Positions 1 through 14,169 of a stretch of DNA of 64,000 nt are shown here, piece by piece. The notes under the pieces were generated by a model, which worked only from the letters and a program-made list of their open reading frames with translations, was not told the DNA's origin and made no database searches. The position numbers and the translations under genes are program-made. The stretch is taken from assembly GCF_031769215.1 (NCBI RefSeq), contig NW_026782269.1:1-64000 (forward strand), in the 5' to 3' direction. This stretch comes from Ylistrum balloti. Taxonomy: Eukaryota. Numbering within the stretch: the first letter of the stretch is position 1; every line of letters starts with the position of its first letter.

Positions 1-708
1 AGCACTACTCACTGAGCACTATCCAGTCTTTGTTTTAGGATGTTTTTACTGGTTCGTGTAAGACCAAGCATTAAAACATACATTTATGAATATAATTCAA
101 AGCTTGTCTCGGGGCTTTTAAGGAGAATTTATTGCATATTCATAAAGAATGGGGCTACAGATATTGATTGTTAGTCCACAACAGGAAATTGTAGAATATT
201 AAAATCTTCATTTCATCCTTTCCAGTAATATAAAGGGTTTTGCTTGCGGGAAAAAAATCAATGTTTCCGGATTTCTTGTTTCGGACCAGTCACTGGAAAG
301 TTTTACTGTCCATCAGTATTAGTGAGAGAGGTTATTCTTGATAAATAAATTCCGGAATATGTCGGCCTTCCAGAGGGACAAAAGACAAGAAAATTGAATC
401 ATTTATTCATGTCACGTCTCAATTATTATGAATAACAGCATTGGATCAGAATACACCGATATACAGGACAAACTCTAGACATGATCATACATCTTTATTT
501 ACCTCATAAGATATAATTACACCGTTCTAATATGTATATCAACAACAACAAAACCATAAGGCATACTAACGAGTGTCGAACACCTCAAACTACATATCTG
601 TATACCTTATTTATGCGTGGTTGTATACCTTGTTCGCATTTGTGAACGTGTCATTACTGATTTCGATTGACCAAGGTTTACATGGCGGTGTTGAACAGTC
701 TGTATTAT

Positions 709-1548
709 CCTTGTGAACCATCTGATGTCGAAGTGTCTGACGAGTCCTGATGTATAAGACGCTGACGTGTCCTTGGGTAAATATCTTGTGAACCATCTGA
801 TGTCGAAGTGTCTGACGAGTCCTGATGTATAAGACGCTGACGTGTCCTTGGGTAAATATCTTGGGAACCATCTGATGTTGAAGAGTCTGACGAGTCCTGA
901 TTTATAAGACGCTGACGTGTCCTTGGGTAAATATCGTGGGAACCATCTGATGTTGAAGAGTCTGGCGAGTCCTGATGTAGAAGAGTCTGACGTGTGCTTG
1001 AGTTAAGACCGAGGTAACCAGCTGATGTAGAAGAGTCTGACGTGTGCTTGAGTTAAGACCGAGGTAACCAGCTGATGTAGAAGAGTCTGGCGTGTGCTTG
1101 AGTTAAGACCGAGGTAACCAGCTGATGTAGAAGACGCTGACGTGTCCTTTGGTTAAGACCGAGGTAACCAGCTGATGTAGAAGAGTCTGACGTGTGCTTG
1201 AGTTAAGACCGAGGTAACCAGCTGATGTAGAAGACGCTGACGTGTCCTTTGGTTAAGACCGAGGTAACCAGCTGATGCAGAAGAGTCTGACGTGTCCTTG
1301 GGCAAAGTCCGAGGCAACCGACTGATGTAGAAGAGTCTGACGTGTCCTTGTGTAAAAACTGAGGTAACCGACTGATGTAGAAGAGTCAGTCGTGTCCATG
1401 GGTAAAATCCGAGGTAACCGACTGATATAGAAGAGTCTGACGTGTCCTTGGGTAAAGTCCTAGGTAACCGACTGATGTAGAAGAGTCTGACGTGTGCTTG
1501 AGTAAGGACCAAGGTAACCAGCTGATGTTGAAAAATTCTGTCGTGCCC
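709..1548. repeat. Minisatellite: 75-bp units grading into 50-bp units
   Basis: Period 75 at 711/786/861; period 50 from ~971 (GCTGATGTAGAAGAGTCTGACGTGTGCTTGAGTTAAGACCGAGGTAACCA). Confidence 0.95.
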
Positions 1549-3431
1549 TTTATATCAGTTCCTTGTCTACATGGACATGATCAATAATAATTTATTGTTT
1601 ATTTAAGACAGTACATCATTTATACAATACAACTGTGATAGAAAATTTTTCTTTAACATGTTACAATGAGCTCTCCGACTTGTATGTAAACAGCATAGGA
1701 GAAGGTTACCTCACAAGGGTTTGTCATTAGTCCATTGTCTTAAGCAATCCAATTAACAAAAAAAATAACATTATCATTAAGGTGAATGTTCATGTTCACA
1801 AGAGTATAATTGCTGTATAGAATTTCGTTTGTAGGAATAGCTTCCTGTTACCAATAGCCGCTGTGTAATTACCACATTTCCTTGACAGATTCTGTGTTTT
1901 ACTTCAATTCTCAATGATATACAACTCCCGTATAAATGTATTATTGTGCGTCACCGCTTTCATTAAGATGAGATATTGTGTAGATCATATCCGTAAATTA
2001 ACAAGAATTCTGGTAATTTCTTCATCATATTTCTGTTACAATTTTTAATGTCACTATGTACAGGTTAGACACTTCAGTGACCCCATCATTAACAGACATC
2101 GTCAGGATTCTAAACCTCGGTCATTTTATTAATGATGTATCATATTTCATAATATCAGTTACGTATTATAACAATAATATGTCCATATTTCCTGATTCCA
2201 AAAAAAAACTGGAGATGTTGACTGGAACAGTTTCGTAGTGGCCACCATGATTGGTAAATCCTCTAATTTCATTTTGCGATATGAAGTTTTCCAACCTTGT
2301 TAACATGCTTGTTGGTTAATGCACGGTTCTCTATTTTGAGAACGCTGCATTTTAAACACAATTTTATCTTTATGGGTATTTTTATACTTAAAGGAATTTG
2401 ACACTGACCCACCTGGCATTGCTCTGTTACTGACCTGCTTGTTGTAATCATCTTACGTACTATAAGAAGAACAAACGTGTGAGACAGCATTTAAATAACC
2501 AATCGGAAGACATTTGTAAGTAGCACAAGTTTGTTAAGATGGACATCACTATTTGGAGCTTCTGATAAATCCTCTAGGCCTATAACTTAGTTATCCAGCC
2601 TAGAACATGAGGAGACAATAAACAAGTATTAAGCATTAGATTTCGCTTGTTACAGTAAATCTACGTTAAGCTAATTCCACCCGTGTCGAATTATCATTCC
2701 CCTGTTCCATATCGGGTTGACAACCGAAGTTAATCAATTTTGCTGTCTGACCCTGTAGAACGAACGTGTCTTGGCATACCTATTATTACCGGTAGCAAGT
2801 GTCTTAAATATTATGTTCTATTTACCCTGGTGTATAACCCACAATGATGATAATATTTGTGGTTGCTGCTGGATGTACGTATATATAAATATTTTACATA
2901 TATTTGACATTCTAATCATGTTTTGTTAACGGAATCAAGGAATACAAATTTGTTTTTATGTGGATATCAAAGCCGCCGATATTTACAGAGAGTAATATTG
3001 ACCTTAAACTAAATAGCATCTTAAACCTCTTACTACTGCGGTATTCCTTTGTGTTTTCATAACTATGCAAGGTCATTTAGCACTGTGATTATTATAGCTA
3101 TTGATTATTAGCTTTACACATTAAACTGTCGGCAATTAATCCGGACCATATCTCGGTTCAAGGGCAAGATAAATTAAACTGAATTAAAAAAATTTTAAGA
3201 TGTTTAATCACCAAAAAGACTAACAAAAAATGTAATGTCCGAAATTCCACTAAACAAACATGGACATGATAACGTATTCAACTTGTTGATTTCTCATATC
3301 CTACTTCCTGAGTTATCGACCCCACGTTACAGCCTAGTTCTCACTATTTAAGTGACTGTGGAGTGAGTTATCAGGGCTTTCTCGTACCATACTTATTTAT
3401 GCACATCACCAATGATTCGTTATCGAGACTT

Positions 3432-3578
3432 AAGCGTATTCCGGCCACGTTGTATTTTTTATTTTTAATTCGAAATTTCGAAATAGCAACTATTTAGTTA
3501 CTATCTCAAAATTTCGAGTTGTTATCTCGCAATTTCGAGATAAAATAAAGCACAACGTTGCCGGAATACGCTTCCGTA
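3432..3578. mobile_element. Small MITE-like foldback element
   Basis: ~30-bp imperfect terminal inverted repeats AAGCGTATTCCGGCCACGTTGT.../...ACAACGTTGCCGGAATACGCTT around internal ATTTCGAG-type repeats. Confidence 0.6.
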
Positions 3579-3597
3579 GAGACTACCTTTCCACCTA

Positions 3598-3830
3598 CCT
3601 GTATTTTTATACGCCCGGTCAGGTCTTATCCAGTGTTCCTCTCCTTATCTATATTGTGTACAGGCCCGGTCACATCTTGTCCAGGGTTCCTCTTTTTATT
3701 TATATTGTGTACAGGCCCGGTCACATCTTGTCCAGGGTTCCTCTTTTTATTTATATTGTGTACAGACCCGGTTAGGTCTTATCAAGGGTTCTGGTCTTTA
3801 TTTATATTGTGTACAAGCTCGGTCTACAAT
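3598..3830. repeat. 51-bp minisatellite, ~4 copies
   Basis: ATATTGTGTACAGGCCCGGTCACATCTTGTCCAGGGTTCCTCTTTTTATTT repeated. Confidence 0.9.
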
Positions 3831-6800
3831 TTAGAAGGCGACACCCTGTCCTAATTGTAGACCGAGCCTAACAGTAAGCACGACACAGTAAGAGGACCGG
3901 TGTCAGGACTGAGAGGGATATGAAAGGTTTCTACACTAGGTAAATTCCGATATGTCTCACACGGGCCACCGCTTTAAGTCCAAACCGACGGAATGTGAGC
4001 TAATTGTTTGTTGTTGGTATGTGTTGGTGGTGATCTTTTTTTTTTTTTTTTTTCCATGCGTTTCATTTCTGTGTGTCACTCTACATACTGTTCATTTTTT
4101 CATTGTCTATACTTTCTGTAATCCATACTGATCGTTTAGTTTTTAGTTGTGTGAGAGTTTTTGATTTCCAGTTTTAGACCCTGTAGCCAGTGTTGGATAA
4201 GCAGTTCTGTATAATTATAAATAATTATTATTGAGAACTGTTTATCCCCATTGCCCTACCTAAAAGGCTGCCATATGCTACAAGCCAGGGTACAAGACCT
4301 AAATCCGCCTGAAAACCAGACCCTGACCGTTGTACCCGGAAGTTCCATTTATGTATAATGTATACTGAACGCAGAGTCTTAAATGTGGATTTATATATAT
4401 ATATATATCCTTCCTGTTTGGTTGTTTGTCTTAACTATTACATGAAGAGGTGTGTTACTTGTGTGTAATGTTATTATTTCGTAATTCTAAGTTGATTTAT
4501 AGCTCTCAGATAACATTTGCGACACACAAAACAGGATTTTACTGTAGCTGTCATTTCTGCCCGTTTTGTCTTGTTATTATGTATGTTTTCAAAGTTTAGG
4601 AGGAAAGCGTTTAATATAAGTAGGAAAAGTTGTGCCCACTTCCATTTTGATGTTACAATAAAGTATGCTTTGATCAATTTTTGCCCGCCATCATGTATTC
4701 GTGTTTACAAAATGAACTGCCTCGTTTTCGAAACTATCGCGTGACGTTATTAGCGCTTAATTTGAGAGGTTTCCCGAACAAAAGAAGTGGTCAAGCTGGA
4801 CATTGCAAATCGGCTGTGAATCTGGAAACCCATAGAAACGTAACTGGAAGTGTATAAAACACCCACCATCAAAAGCACAATTAATAGTGCCATGCAGGTA
4901 ACGACAATTCAACCGAGACTAAAAGTCCGCTAGCATTGTCTACCACCTGCAATCCCGATGAATGTACAAAAGACATGCGAGTACATCTAATGGCTGACAC
5001 AATTACATTAGGTGACAGAGTACAACGTATACTAGCGGCATGATATAGTTAGTTATATACGGTAGTTCTTTTTTTGAAGTCGCTTGTGTAATCTTGATTT
5101 GACTAGGAGAAGGGGTTGGGAGGTTAAGCTGCACGGTATATTTAGTTTTCCAGACTAGACGTAACTGTGTGATGTCTTAAGGCATGCGAAAAATAGCACG
5201 AGTTAGAAACACGCACTAGTTTTATTGTAATTTTATTAGCTTAAAAAGAGCTGTTGTATAATTAGGGGAAAGCATGCATGCTTTTATGCGCATACTGGAG
5301 ATAATCTTATGAATCGAGAGTTAAAGATTTATAATCTAATCTCCAGCATATGCATAAAAACAAGCATATAATCCCCATTACAAATTACATTGAGTTTATT
5401 ATTTTTGTAATATCACAATATCAACAAAAACAAAACCTGTACAATTTTGTTCGAAACGGTCCCTCACATTGTCTTAGCCAATCAAAACTCTCCTTTCAAC
5501 CATTACTGACGTGAAGCTCCGCCCAATTTCCAGTTAAGCTGTCAATAGTTTCTGGTCAGGATGCATATGAAAAGGCTTTAAAAAATTGTTTGCGTGGAGG
5601 ATTTATTCTGTCTAAATTGTTGTTTATATTCATTCCTGGTGTACATACCCTAAATTCTTCATGTCTATCTCTCTATTGTAAGCTGTATATATTCACTAAA
5701 GTCGATCGATAGAGACGAGAGCTTGACAGGAAACTCAACCGAAGTTGTCAGTATGTTTCTTTCAAATGTAGAATGGGATTTATGTATCATTCTCAATAGA
5801 ATTATGTGATAAAGGAGGACACCATACCATGTGATATGATTTTATTTCCTTGTGATATTATTAACTGGAATAAATTCCTATATTGAGAATATGCCGTCAT
5901 AATAGATTTCTCGTAGGTCAATGTCGATCACCTGCCTCAACCGGAAAAGAAGGCCGCCATCTTTGGACTAGAGTGAGAAATCATGAATAAATCGGGTATT
6001 AGATAAATAAAATATTATCCATCGAAAACATTTTTTACATAACCATTATTTTGGAATATAGTTTCACTTGGCTTCATGTGTCTTATGAGTCTACCGTATC
6101 GTTACTACTACGTGGTTATAATAACTACTCTAATGAAAATAATGTAAAAATGTTTCAAATCAATCAGTAATATATACTTCACTCTAATAGATTTTGATAT
6201 CTCTCTCCTTCACTCTGTCTCCCTGAAATAAGACATTAAATGTCTCCGGCCCACTAGTGGTGAGAATTCCAAGAAAGGCCCGGATGACAGGAGTAAGTGG
6301 GATAAGACACGGGATGTGATGAACTTTAAAATGGTTCGAAGGCATTGAAAAGTGTGCAGTTGTAACTAATACTAGTGTTGCCCGTTTATGGAGAGACTGG
6401 TTTTCACTTAAAAACATAAATTGTATATATCTATGTTATCCCATCATAAGCAAGTGTACTAAGATATAATAAAGTTCTATCAGTTAAATATGGAAAAAAC
6501 ACCTCTTTGATATCAGTGTTATTTCTCTTTAGCTTAAATATCACATTATCACTTCTGCAAAGTTACGCCAATGAGAATAGAGTACACAGATCATCTCGTA
6601 AATTTGACCAATCTTAAGGTACAAAAACACACAGAAAAAAACAGATATATGTAGGCGGATTGTTTACTGGTAACACGACCTGCAAGTCCGCGGTAAACTT
6701 TCGTTTCCGTGAAAGTCAGCAAGTAATGCAGGTCATTAACTCATATTACCTTATCAGATGTCCAACTCAATCCCCAACTGAACATCTAGAAAGTGGGGCT

Positions 6801-8184
6801 AGATATTTCAAAAGGACACGTGCCCCCACCAACAACAGCAACAACGTAGGTTATCACCAAATTTTAGGCGCGTTTGCCAGTTGTCACATAGCATTATTCT
6901 TAAACGTGCTACAGCAAATTTTGTCTGGTTACATTAATTATTAAACTTATCTTTATGAATAAAAAAATAAATTTACATCACTTATAGTGAAGTTATAAAG
7001 AGTGTGTAGTGTTCCCGTAAAGCAAAGTCAGCTTCATCATTATATCTCTGTCCTGGATATGCCAGTGTTTGGGTATTTTTGCTTGTGAACATGTAAGCAG
7101 TGTAGTATTAATATTAGTATTCTCTTCAGTAATAAGATATATTTTTAGATAAAATTTCGACTCTTTTTTATTTATTTTTTTTTAAATTTGAACACTTGTG
7201 AAATATATTTGCTATTACTGAAGACACTTTAGAAATATCCTCTGTCATTATAATTACATAAATACATCTGTCTTTGGTGGTAAATTAAAGCACATAAATT
7301 ATATTTTCTAGAATAAGTACTTGTGTCATAACAAAAACTATATATCAAAGTATTTTTTCCGTTATGTAACGTTTGGGAACCTTCCTACAAGGACAGGCAG
7401 TGTGTTTTTATCAGGGCTGATAACAGAAGGGGGGAGATAGATGTTAAACATATTAACACATCAGGATATACAATATGAACTCGGAGAAATGCCATCAATT
7501 TTTTATCGTTTTAAAACTGACTTTAGAAACAGCTACTGCAGTTCTGGAATTTTGTAACCCCACTAATCACTCTTTACCGACACTTTGTCGCTGACTAAAA
7601 AAATGTCGCAAGTCTTATTTCAAAAATGATTGATTTGTTTTCAAGTGAATATGATGATTTATCAACCGGAGAAAGTGATATTTCAGTGTTTTAGCGCAAC
7701 AGTCGGAAATCTGTTTAACCTCCACTGGAGCCGCCATGACATCCTAATTCTGGTAATTGCGACATGTGTTGCTAAAAAAATTTAGTTAACAAATCATTTT
7801 ACTTAATTTGTTTTATTTTTTTTATCTCAAAAAGAACATCAATTGACATAGTTGTTTAAATGCTTGCACATTGTCTTGCATGCTGAAGCATTTTACAAAA
7901 TCTGCTGGGATGCTATTTTCAGACTTGTTAACGTTATCATTACTGGTTTGTAGTGGCCGATTGGTTTTGCCTCTATTACTGATCTGTAAGTAATTGTGAG
8001 GGATTTTGGAGAGTTAATCCTGTTGTGCTCTGTATTATGTTTCGGATCAGTCTGTAAATATTGATAAGATACAGTTTTATGACGTTTTCTTCCCTCCACA
8101 CCAAAAAGCTAACACAATTTAAATCACAAAATTTATATGGTTTACATTGAAATCTTTCTTGCAAAATCACATGATTTCATGCTT

Positions 8185-9025
8185 GTGCTTCCCGGTCATT
8201 ACCTTGTCAGGTCAAAAGAAATGACTTTTGCTTCCCGGTAGTTAGCTTGTCAGGTCACAAGTAGTGGCTTGTGCTTCAGGTCGTTACCTTGTCATGTCAC
8301 AAGAAATGACTTTTGTTTCCTGGTCGTTACCTCGTTATGTCGCAATTAATGACTTGTGCTTCCCGGTCGTTACCTTGTCAGGTCACAAGAAATGACTTTT
8401 CTTTCCTGGTCGTTACCTCGTTATGTCACAATTAGTGGTTTGTGCTTCCGGTCGTTACATTGTCAGGTCACAAGAAACTACTTATGTTTCCCGGTCGTTA
8501 CCTCGTTATGTCACAATTAGTGGTTTGTGCTTCCGGTCGTTACCTTGTCAGGTCACAAGAAATGACTTTTGTTTCCCGGTCGTTAACTTGTCAGGTCACA
8601 AGAAATGACTTTTTTTTCCCGGTCGTTACCTTGTCAGTCACAAGAAATGACTTTTGTTTCCCGGTCGTTAACTTGTCAGGTCACAAGAAATGACTTTTGT
8701 TTCCCGGTCGTTACCTTGTCAGTCACAAGAAATGACTTTTGTTTCCCGGTCGTTACCTTGTCAGTCACAAGAGATGACTTTTGTTTCCCGGTCGTTACCT
8801 CGTTATGTCACAATTAGTGGCTTGTGCTTCCTGGTCGTTACCTTGTCAGGTCACTAGAAATGACTTTTGTTTCCCGGTCGTTACCTCGTTGTGTCACAAT
8901 AAGTGGCTTGTGCTTCTGGTCGTCACCTTGTCAGGTCACTAGAAATGACTTTTGTTTCCCGGTCGTTACCTCGTTGTGTCACAATAAGTGGCTTGTGCTT
9001 CTGGTCGTCACCTTGTCAGGTCACA
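8185..9025. repeat. 42-43-bp minisatellite with two monomer types
   Basis: GTCACAAGAAATGACTTTTGTTTCCCGGTCGTTACC and GTCACAATTAGTGGTTTGTGCTTCCGGTCGTTACC variants. Confidence 0.95.
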
Positions 9026-11197
9026 TTTGTATCTTATTTGAAAGAGCTCATTTGCATGGCTTCATTCTGTTTGAAGACTGTCTCCAAATATATCCTACAA
9101 ATAATACAAATTCTCGCGGAACTTCAGGAGTTATCAGCTAAACATTGTTAACATCGGAATTCTTCCATTGTCAAATGATTGCCTCCGGCGGTATCTAAAC
9201 TTATTCTCCTAGCAATTCAACACCATAAACACGATACATATTCGATAATCAGTATAAATGTCACAGAACTACCATAAAGATTGTCAAAAAAGAACAAAAT
9301 AAGCCAATCTATATTGTATATACAGAGGTTATGTCAGCTGACGTGGATAGGAGATGAACCCCGTAGCAATTTAATAACTTTCCCCATAAGTGCTTCCAAA
9401 TGATTGTTCTGTGGATTTCCTACCACAGCATCACACGTATTTTGACACATAATGAATGCTCAATTCTTCTCCGATTCATTTCTTTCCGATTCCGATTCGA
9501 AGCACAAAAATGGTTGATAACTCTATCTGATCACGCCTGTTTTGTCTCACTAGACTGCTTTGTATCAGAATAAGAAAACAACTTTGTTAAAAGGACAATA
9601 GGATTCAAGCAGGTTTCTCTCCTATACCGTTCGTATTTTCTCCCTTGAAGAATAAAACGTGACTTCAACATCTAAACAGCTATTTCCCTCTTCGACAAAG
9701 TCTCCCGGGTATAATGTCGTGTCATTATTTTAACAACCAACATCATTCACAGTTTTTGATTTCCAGACCGAAAGATGATATAAGTACATTGAAATTCCAA
9801 ACATAATAACATATTCTATGGAGGCTTAATCAGGATTAAAAACGACATTTTCCAAACACGTGCACAATGACACTTTTAATTGAGAAAATTGGCTTACACA
9901 CTGTATAAGCAGCATTGACAAGAGGATTTACTTCTCAAAGGAGGCACTGATGGAAATAAAGCAGAGCTCCGTCACGACAATCACCCTCACGCATCATTTC
10001 CTGCTGTTTCGGTCATGACAACTGCTCAATTTCTACACATCGAATACAAAGAACCGAGTCTTCAAAAATGTATAGAATATCCGACGAGATAGATAAGAAC
10101 AAATTTTAAAAATAAAATCCATGTCAAAAGTGAAATGGTGGTGATGTCGGTTGATCATATCTTTGAGTTTGGTGATAGATATATTCCAATATGCTTGTAC
10201 CATTTTCACGCCCGTACAAATAAAATGTTCACATTTATTGTCCTAATGGGTTTGTTCCTTTATTGGGGTAAATAAATTGAGTTTATCGGAACATATAACA
10301 TAAAGCTTGCAAAGTCTATCGATCTCACCGCTAGTTATGTCTCCGATACTTTTCTTTGATTCGTTTATCCCTTGGAACTTAAAACCATAAAGACATTCTA
10401 CAGTATCCATCTGCTATATCTCGGTATTTTCGTAATAAACAACATAACCATAAAGGTGCATAATAAACATAAATGAAATATATTACATTTCTTTTTCTTT
10501 TTTAATGCAACTATGATGCTTACATACCCTTATGGTACCATATGTCTTCGTGACTCATTAGCTTGAGACAAAATTTCATTTAATCAGGATTGTCAGAAAG
10601 AGGGGTGTGTCTTCATGACTCGTTCGATGTAGGCACTTCAGTAGCTCTGCATTTTCGTGCAACCATTTGATGAAAAGTATTATTTATAATTTGAGACGAT
10701 ATTGGTTTCATATCACAGGACCTATGACATGTACTGAAAACTGCTATGATAGTGTTAGAACTTGAAACGAAAGTGCACGTTCTTAGCAGTTAGCTAAACA
10801 AATGACCAAAACACCCACGAAGATACAATCGTATCATCAGACTTCAAATTACAGCTTTGGAGATGGAGATGTGACCTTTCTGTTGGCACAAGGCTGGGAA
10901 CAGATGAGATGTAATACACTTATGTTTCACACCTTATATCGAGCAGGATATCAATTACTAGATTAACTTGACATATGCAAAACCCTTACATAAAAGTTAT
11001 TGCTATTTATAAAATGTTATTGACGTATTTATAAATATCGTCGTCATTTAATTTCCTGCTTGCGAAGAACTCCAGGAGGATATTTATGTTTCCTTATTTG
11101 TTTGATAAACACAATAAATCTTTAAAACAAATGTGATAGGTGAACTTATGATATATCCTCCAGTTATTACTTATAATATGATGTTATCCCAATCTAC

Positions 11198-12590
11198 TAA
11201 AATACCACCCCAGAACAACTGATACTTCCACGTGTCTGGTAAAATACCACCCCAGAACAACTGATACTACCACGTGTCTGGTAAAATACCATACACAGAA
11301 CAACTGACACTTCCACGTGTCTGGTAAAATACCACCCCAGAACAACTGATACTACCACGTGTCTGGTAAAATACCATACACAGAACAACTGATACTTCCA
11401 CGTGTCTGGTAAAATACCACCCCAGAACAACTGATACTTCCACGTGTCTGGTAAAATACCACCCCAGAACAACTGATACTACCACGTGTCTGGTAAAATA
11501 CCATACACAGAACAACTGACACTTCCACGTGTCTGGTACCACCCCAGAACAACTGATACTACCACGTGTCTGGTAAAATACCATACACAGAACAACTGAT
11601 ACTTCCACGTGTCTGGTAAAATACCACCCCAGAACAACTGATACTTCCACGTGTCTGGTAAAATACCCCAGAACAACTGATACTACCACGTGTCTGGTAA
11701 AATACCATACACAGAACAACTGACACTTCCACGTGTCTGGTAAAATACCACCCCAGAACAACTGATACTACCACGTGTCTGGTAAAATACCATACACAGA
11801 ACAACTGATACTTCCACGTGTCTGGTAAAATACCACCCCAGAACAACTGATACTACCACGTGTCTGGTAAAATACCATACACAGAACAACTGATACTTCC
11901 ACGTGTCTGGTAAAATACCACCCCAGAACAACTGATACTTCCACGTGTCTGGTAAAATACCACCCCAGAACAACTGATACTACCACGTGTCTGGTAAAAT
12001 ACCACCCCAGAACAACTGATACTTCCACGTGTCTGGTAAAATACCACCCCAGAACAACTGATACTACCACTGGTAAAATACCACCCCAGAACAACTGATA
12101 CTTCTACGTGTCTGGTAAAATACCACCCCAGAAAACTGATACTACCACCACCCCAGAACAACTGATACTTCCACGTACCACGTGCCTGGTAAAATACCAC
12201 CCCAGAACAACTGATACTTCCACGTGTCTGGTAAAATACCACCCCAGAACAACTGATACTACCACGTGTCTGGTAAAATACCACCCCAGAACAACTGATA
12301 CTTCTACGTGTCTGGTAAAATACCACCCCAGAACCACTGATACTACCACGTGTCTGGTAAAATACCACCCCAGAACAACTGATACTTCTACGTGTCTGGT
12401 AAAATACCACCCCAGAACAACTGATACTACCACGTGCCTGGTAAAATACCACCCCAGAACAACTGATACTTCCACGTGTCTGGTAAAATACCACCCCAGA
12501 ACAACTGATACTACCACGTGCCTGGTAAAATACCATACCTAGAACAACTGATACTACCACGTGTCTGGTAAAATACCATGCCAAAACTGA
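11198..12590. repeat. 42/43-bp minisatellite, ~33 copies
   Basis: TAAAATACCACCCCAGAACAACTGATACTTCCACGTGTCTGG repeated, with internal deletions. Confidence 0.97.
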
Positions 12591-14169
12591 TTCCACCACA
12601 TCGGTAGCAAAAGTGATAGGTAAAAAATTCTATATGACAATAGTAGCTGAATATTGGTAACTTTTGATCAACATCAGACATGGCACATGTATATATATAA
12701 CATTATTGCTTTATAAGCTTGTATATGTATGGATGGAACTTGCGAGCATTACACTTCATAACTGAGGTTAGGACAACATTGGCCTTACACGGTATCAGAA
12801 ACAGAATGGACACGAAACTTTTATACCTTAATACCTTCTCTTTGTTGTTGGTCTATGACATGGTACTTTTAACAATTTTATTGACACCTCTGGATAGGTT
12901 TAACCCCTTAACTGACAATATTGTGTCAGGTTTTCATATGTAACTTCCTATAAGAGAAGCTCCACTGTTGAATGAAGTCGTCGCCCAGTTATTAAAAATG
13001 TCTTGAAGTCTGAGTCGTCTAGTTGTTTGATTAGCCTGCAGTCTGTAATTTAAAAAAAAAAAGTTTGATTTATTTTACTGTAGGATTACTACAGTTATCA
13101 TCAGTCCATGCTGGAAGTGAATGGATGATATAAAAATGCTTAAGTACTTGTATTTTTTTAAGGAATTGAAAGTCAACAAACTAATGTTTTCTCAAAAAAT
13201 TATTTTTTGAAAAAAAAAAAAATACTTTGGATAATTACGTCAGTGTTTTGCCTCGAGTAGTGATATTATTCGATTTCGAGCTTATTAAAACCAACATGCA
13301 AGTTTTTGGGCCAGGCCTCGTTATTTATGAGCTCGTCACATCTGGTGTGTCATTAATGATATATGTGGAGGTGTTGATGGGTAGCTCCATTATTACTATA
13401 ACGTCATCAGTAAAATGTCATTAGCGGGGTTCTTAATTTCTATAAAAACAAACCTTTATGGCTCCTAGAAAGACGCAGATGGGGCTAATTTGGAAAGGAC
13501 ATATTTTTGTAATTTTGCCCACGTCCTAATTTAATCTTTATTGTGTGTTATTGGCAGATCACAGTAAACTCCTCAGAATGTAACTTAAAGAAACCAAAAG
13601 TCACCTATGGCCTGTGACCTATTTTATTATCCTTGTCGTGGGTGTGAGCCGATATGCACATCTTAACCCAACCCTTGTTCAAAAACCTGTAACAAAACAT
13701 TGATCAAATCCCCTTCAATTAAGTCTGTTAGATGTTTTGAACTCATATAAAGCTAGGTTTTTCAAATATAAAAAGTTCCGGAATTTTAACGAGGAAAAAA
13801 AATCATGAAAATTTCAACAAAGTCAAATTTTGGAAAACTGTTTGACAAACTTACAGTTGCTGTTCACTTAAAATATTTACACATTTATTTGCCCACTTAT
13901 ATGCATTTAAAAGTACCAAAAAGTTCATCGAATCCCAGGACTGGTAAAATTCTTCCATGGACAGATTTTCTTGTGCTGGCAGAATCAGGAATATAATTCA
14001 AATTTTATCAGGGTGTTTTTCTTTTCATAATAGAACATAAACAAGAGGGCGTGGCTATCAAATACATGTGTTAAGACACAGACAAAGGTTCTGTTTAATA
14101 TGAATTTATAATCAAACACAATTTCTGGTAATGATTGTTGCCATACTTCAGACATACAATGATAATAAC

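Noticed and set aside
740-775. Hammerhead-like CTGACGAGTC...GACG in the 75-bp repeat
   Set aside because: The core half CUGACGA and a possible stem II are present, but GAAA is replaced by GCTG and no stems I/III are evident.
9025-10200. Decayed minus-strand coding-like region
   Set aside because: Short frames look codon-like, but I recognised no family motif.
11198-12590. CRISPR-like array (also considered for the other regular arrays)
   Set aside because: No unique spacers, eukaryotic context and no cas genes.
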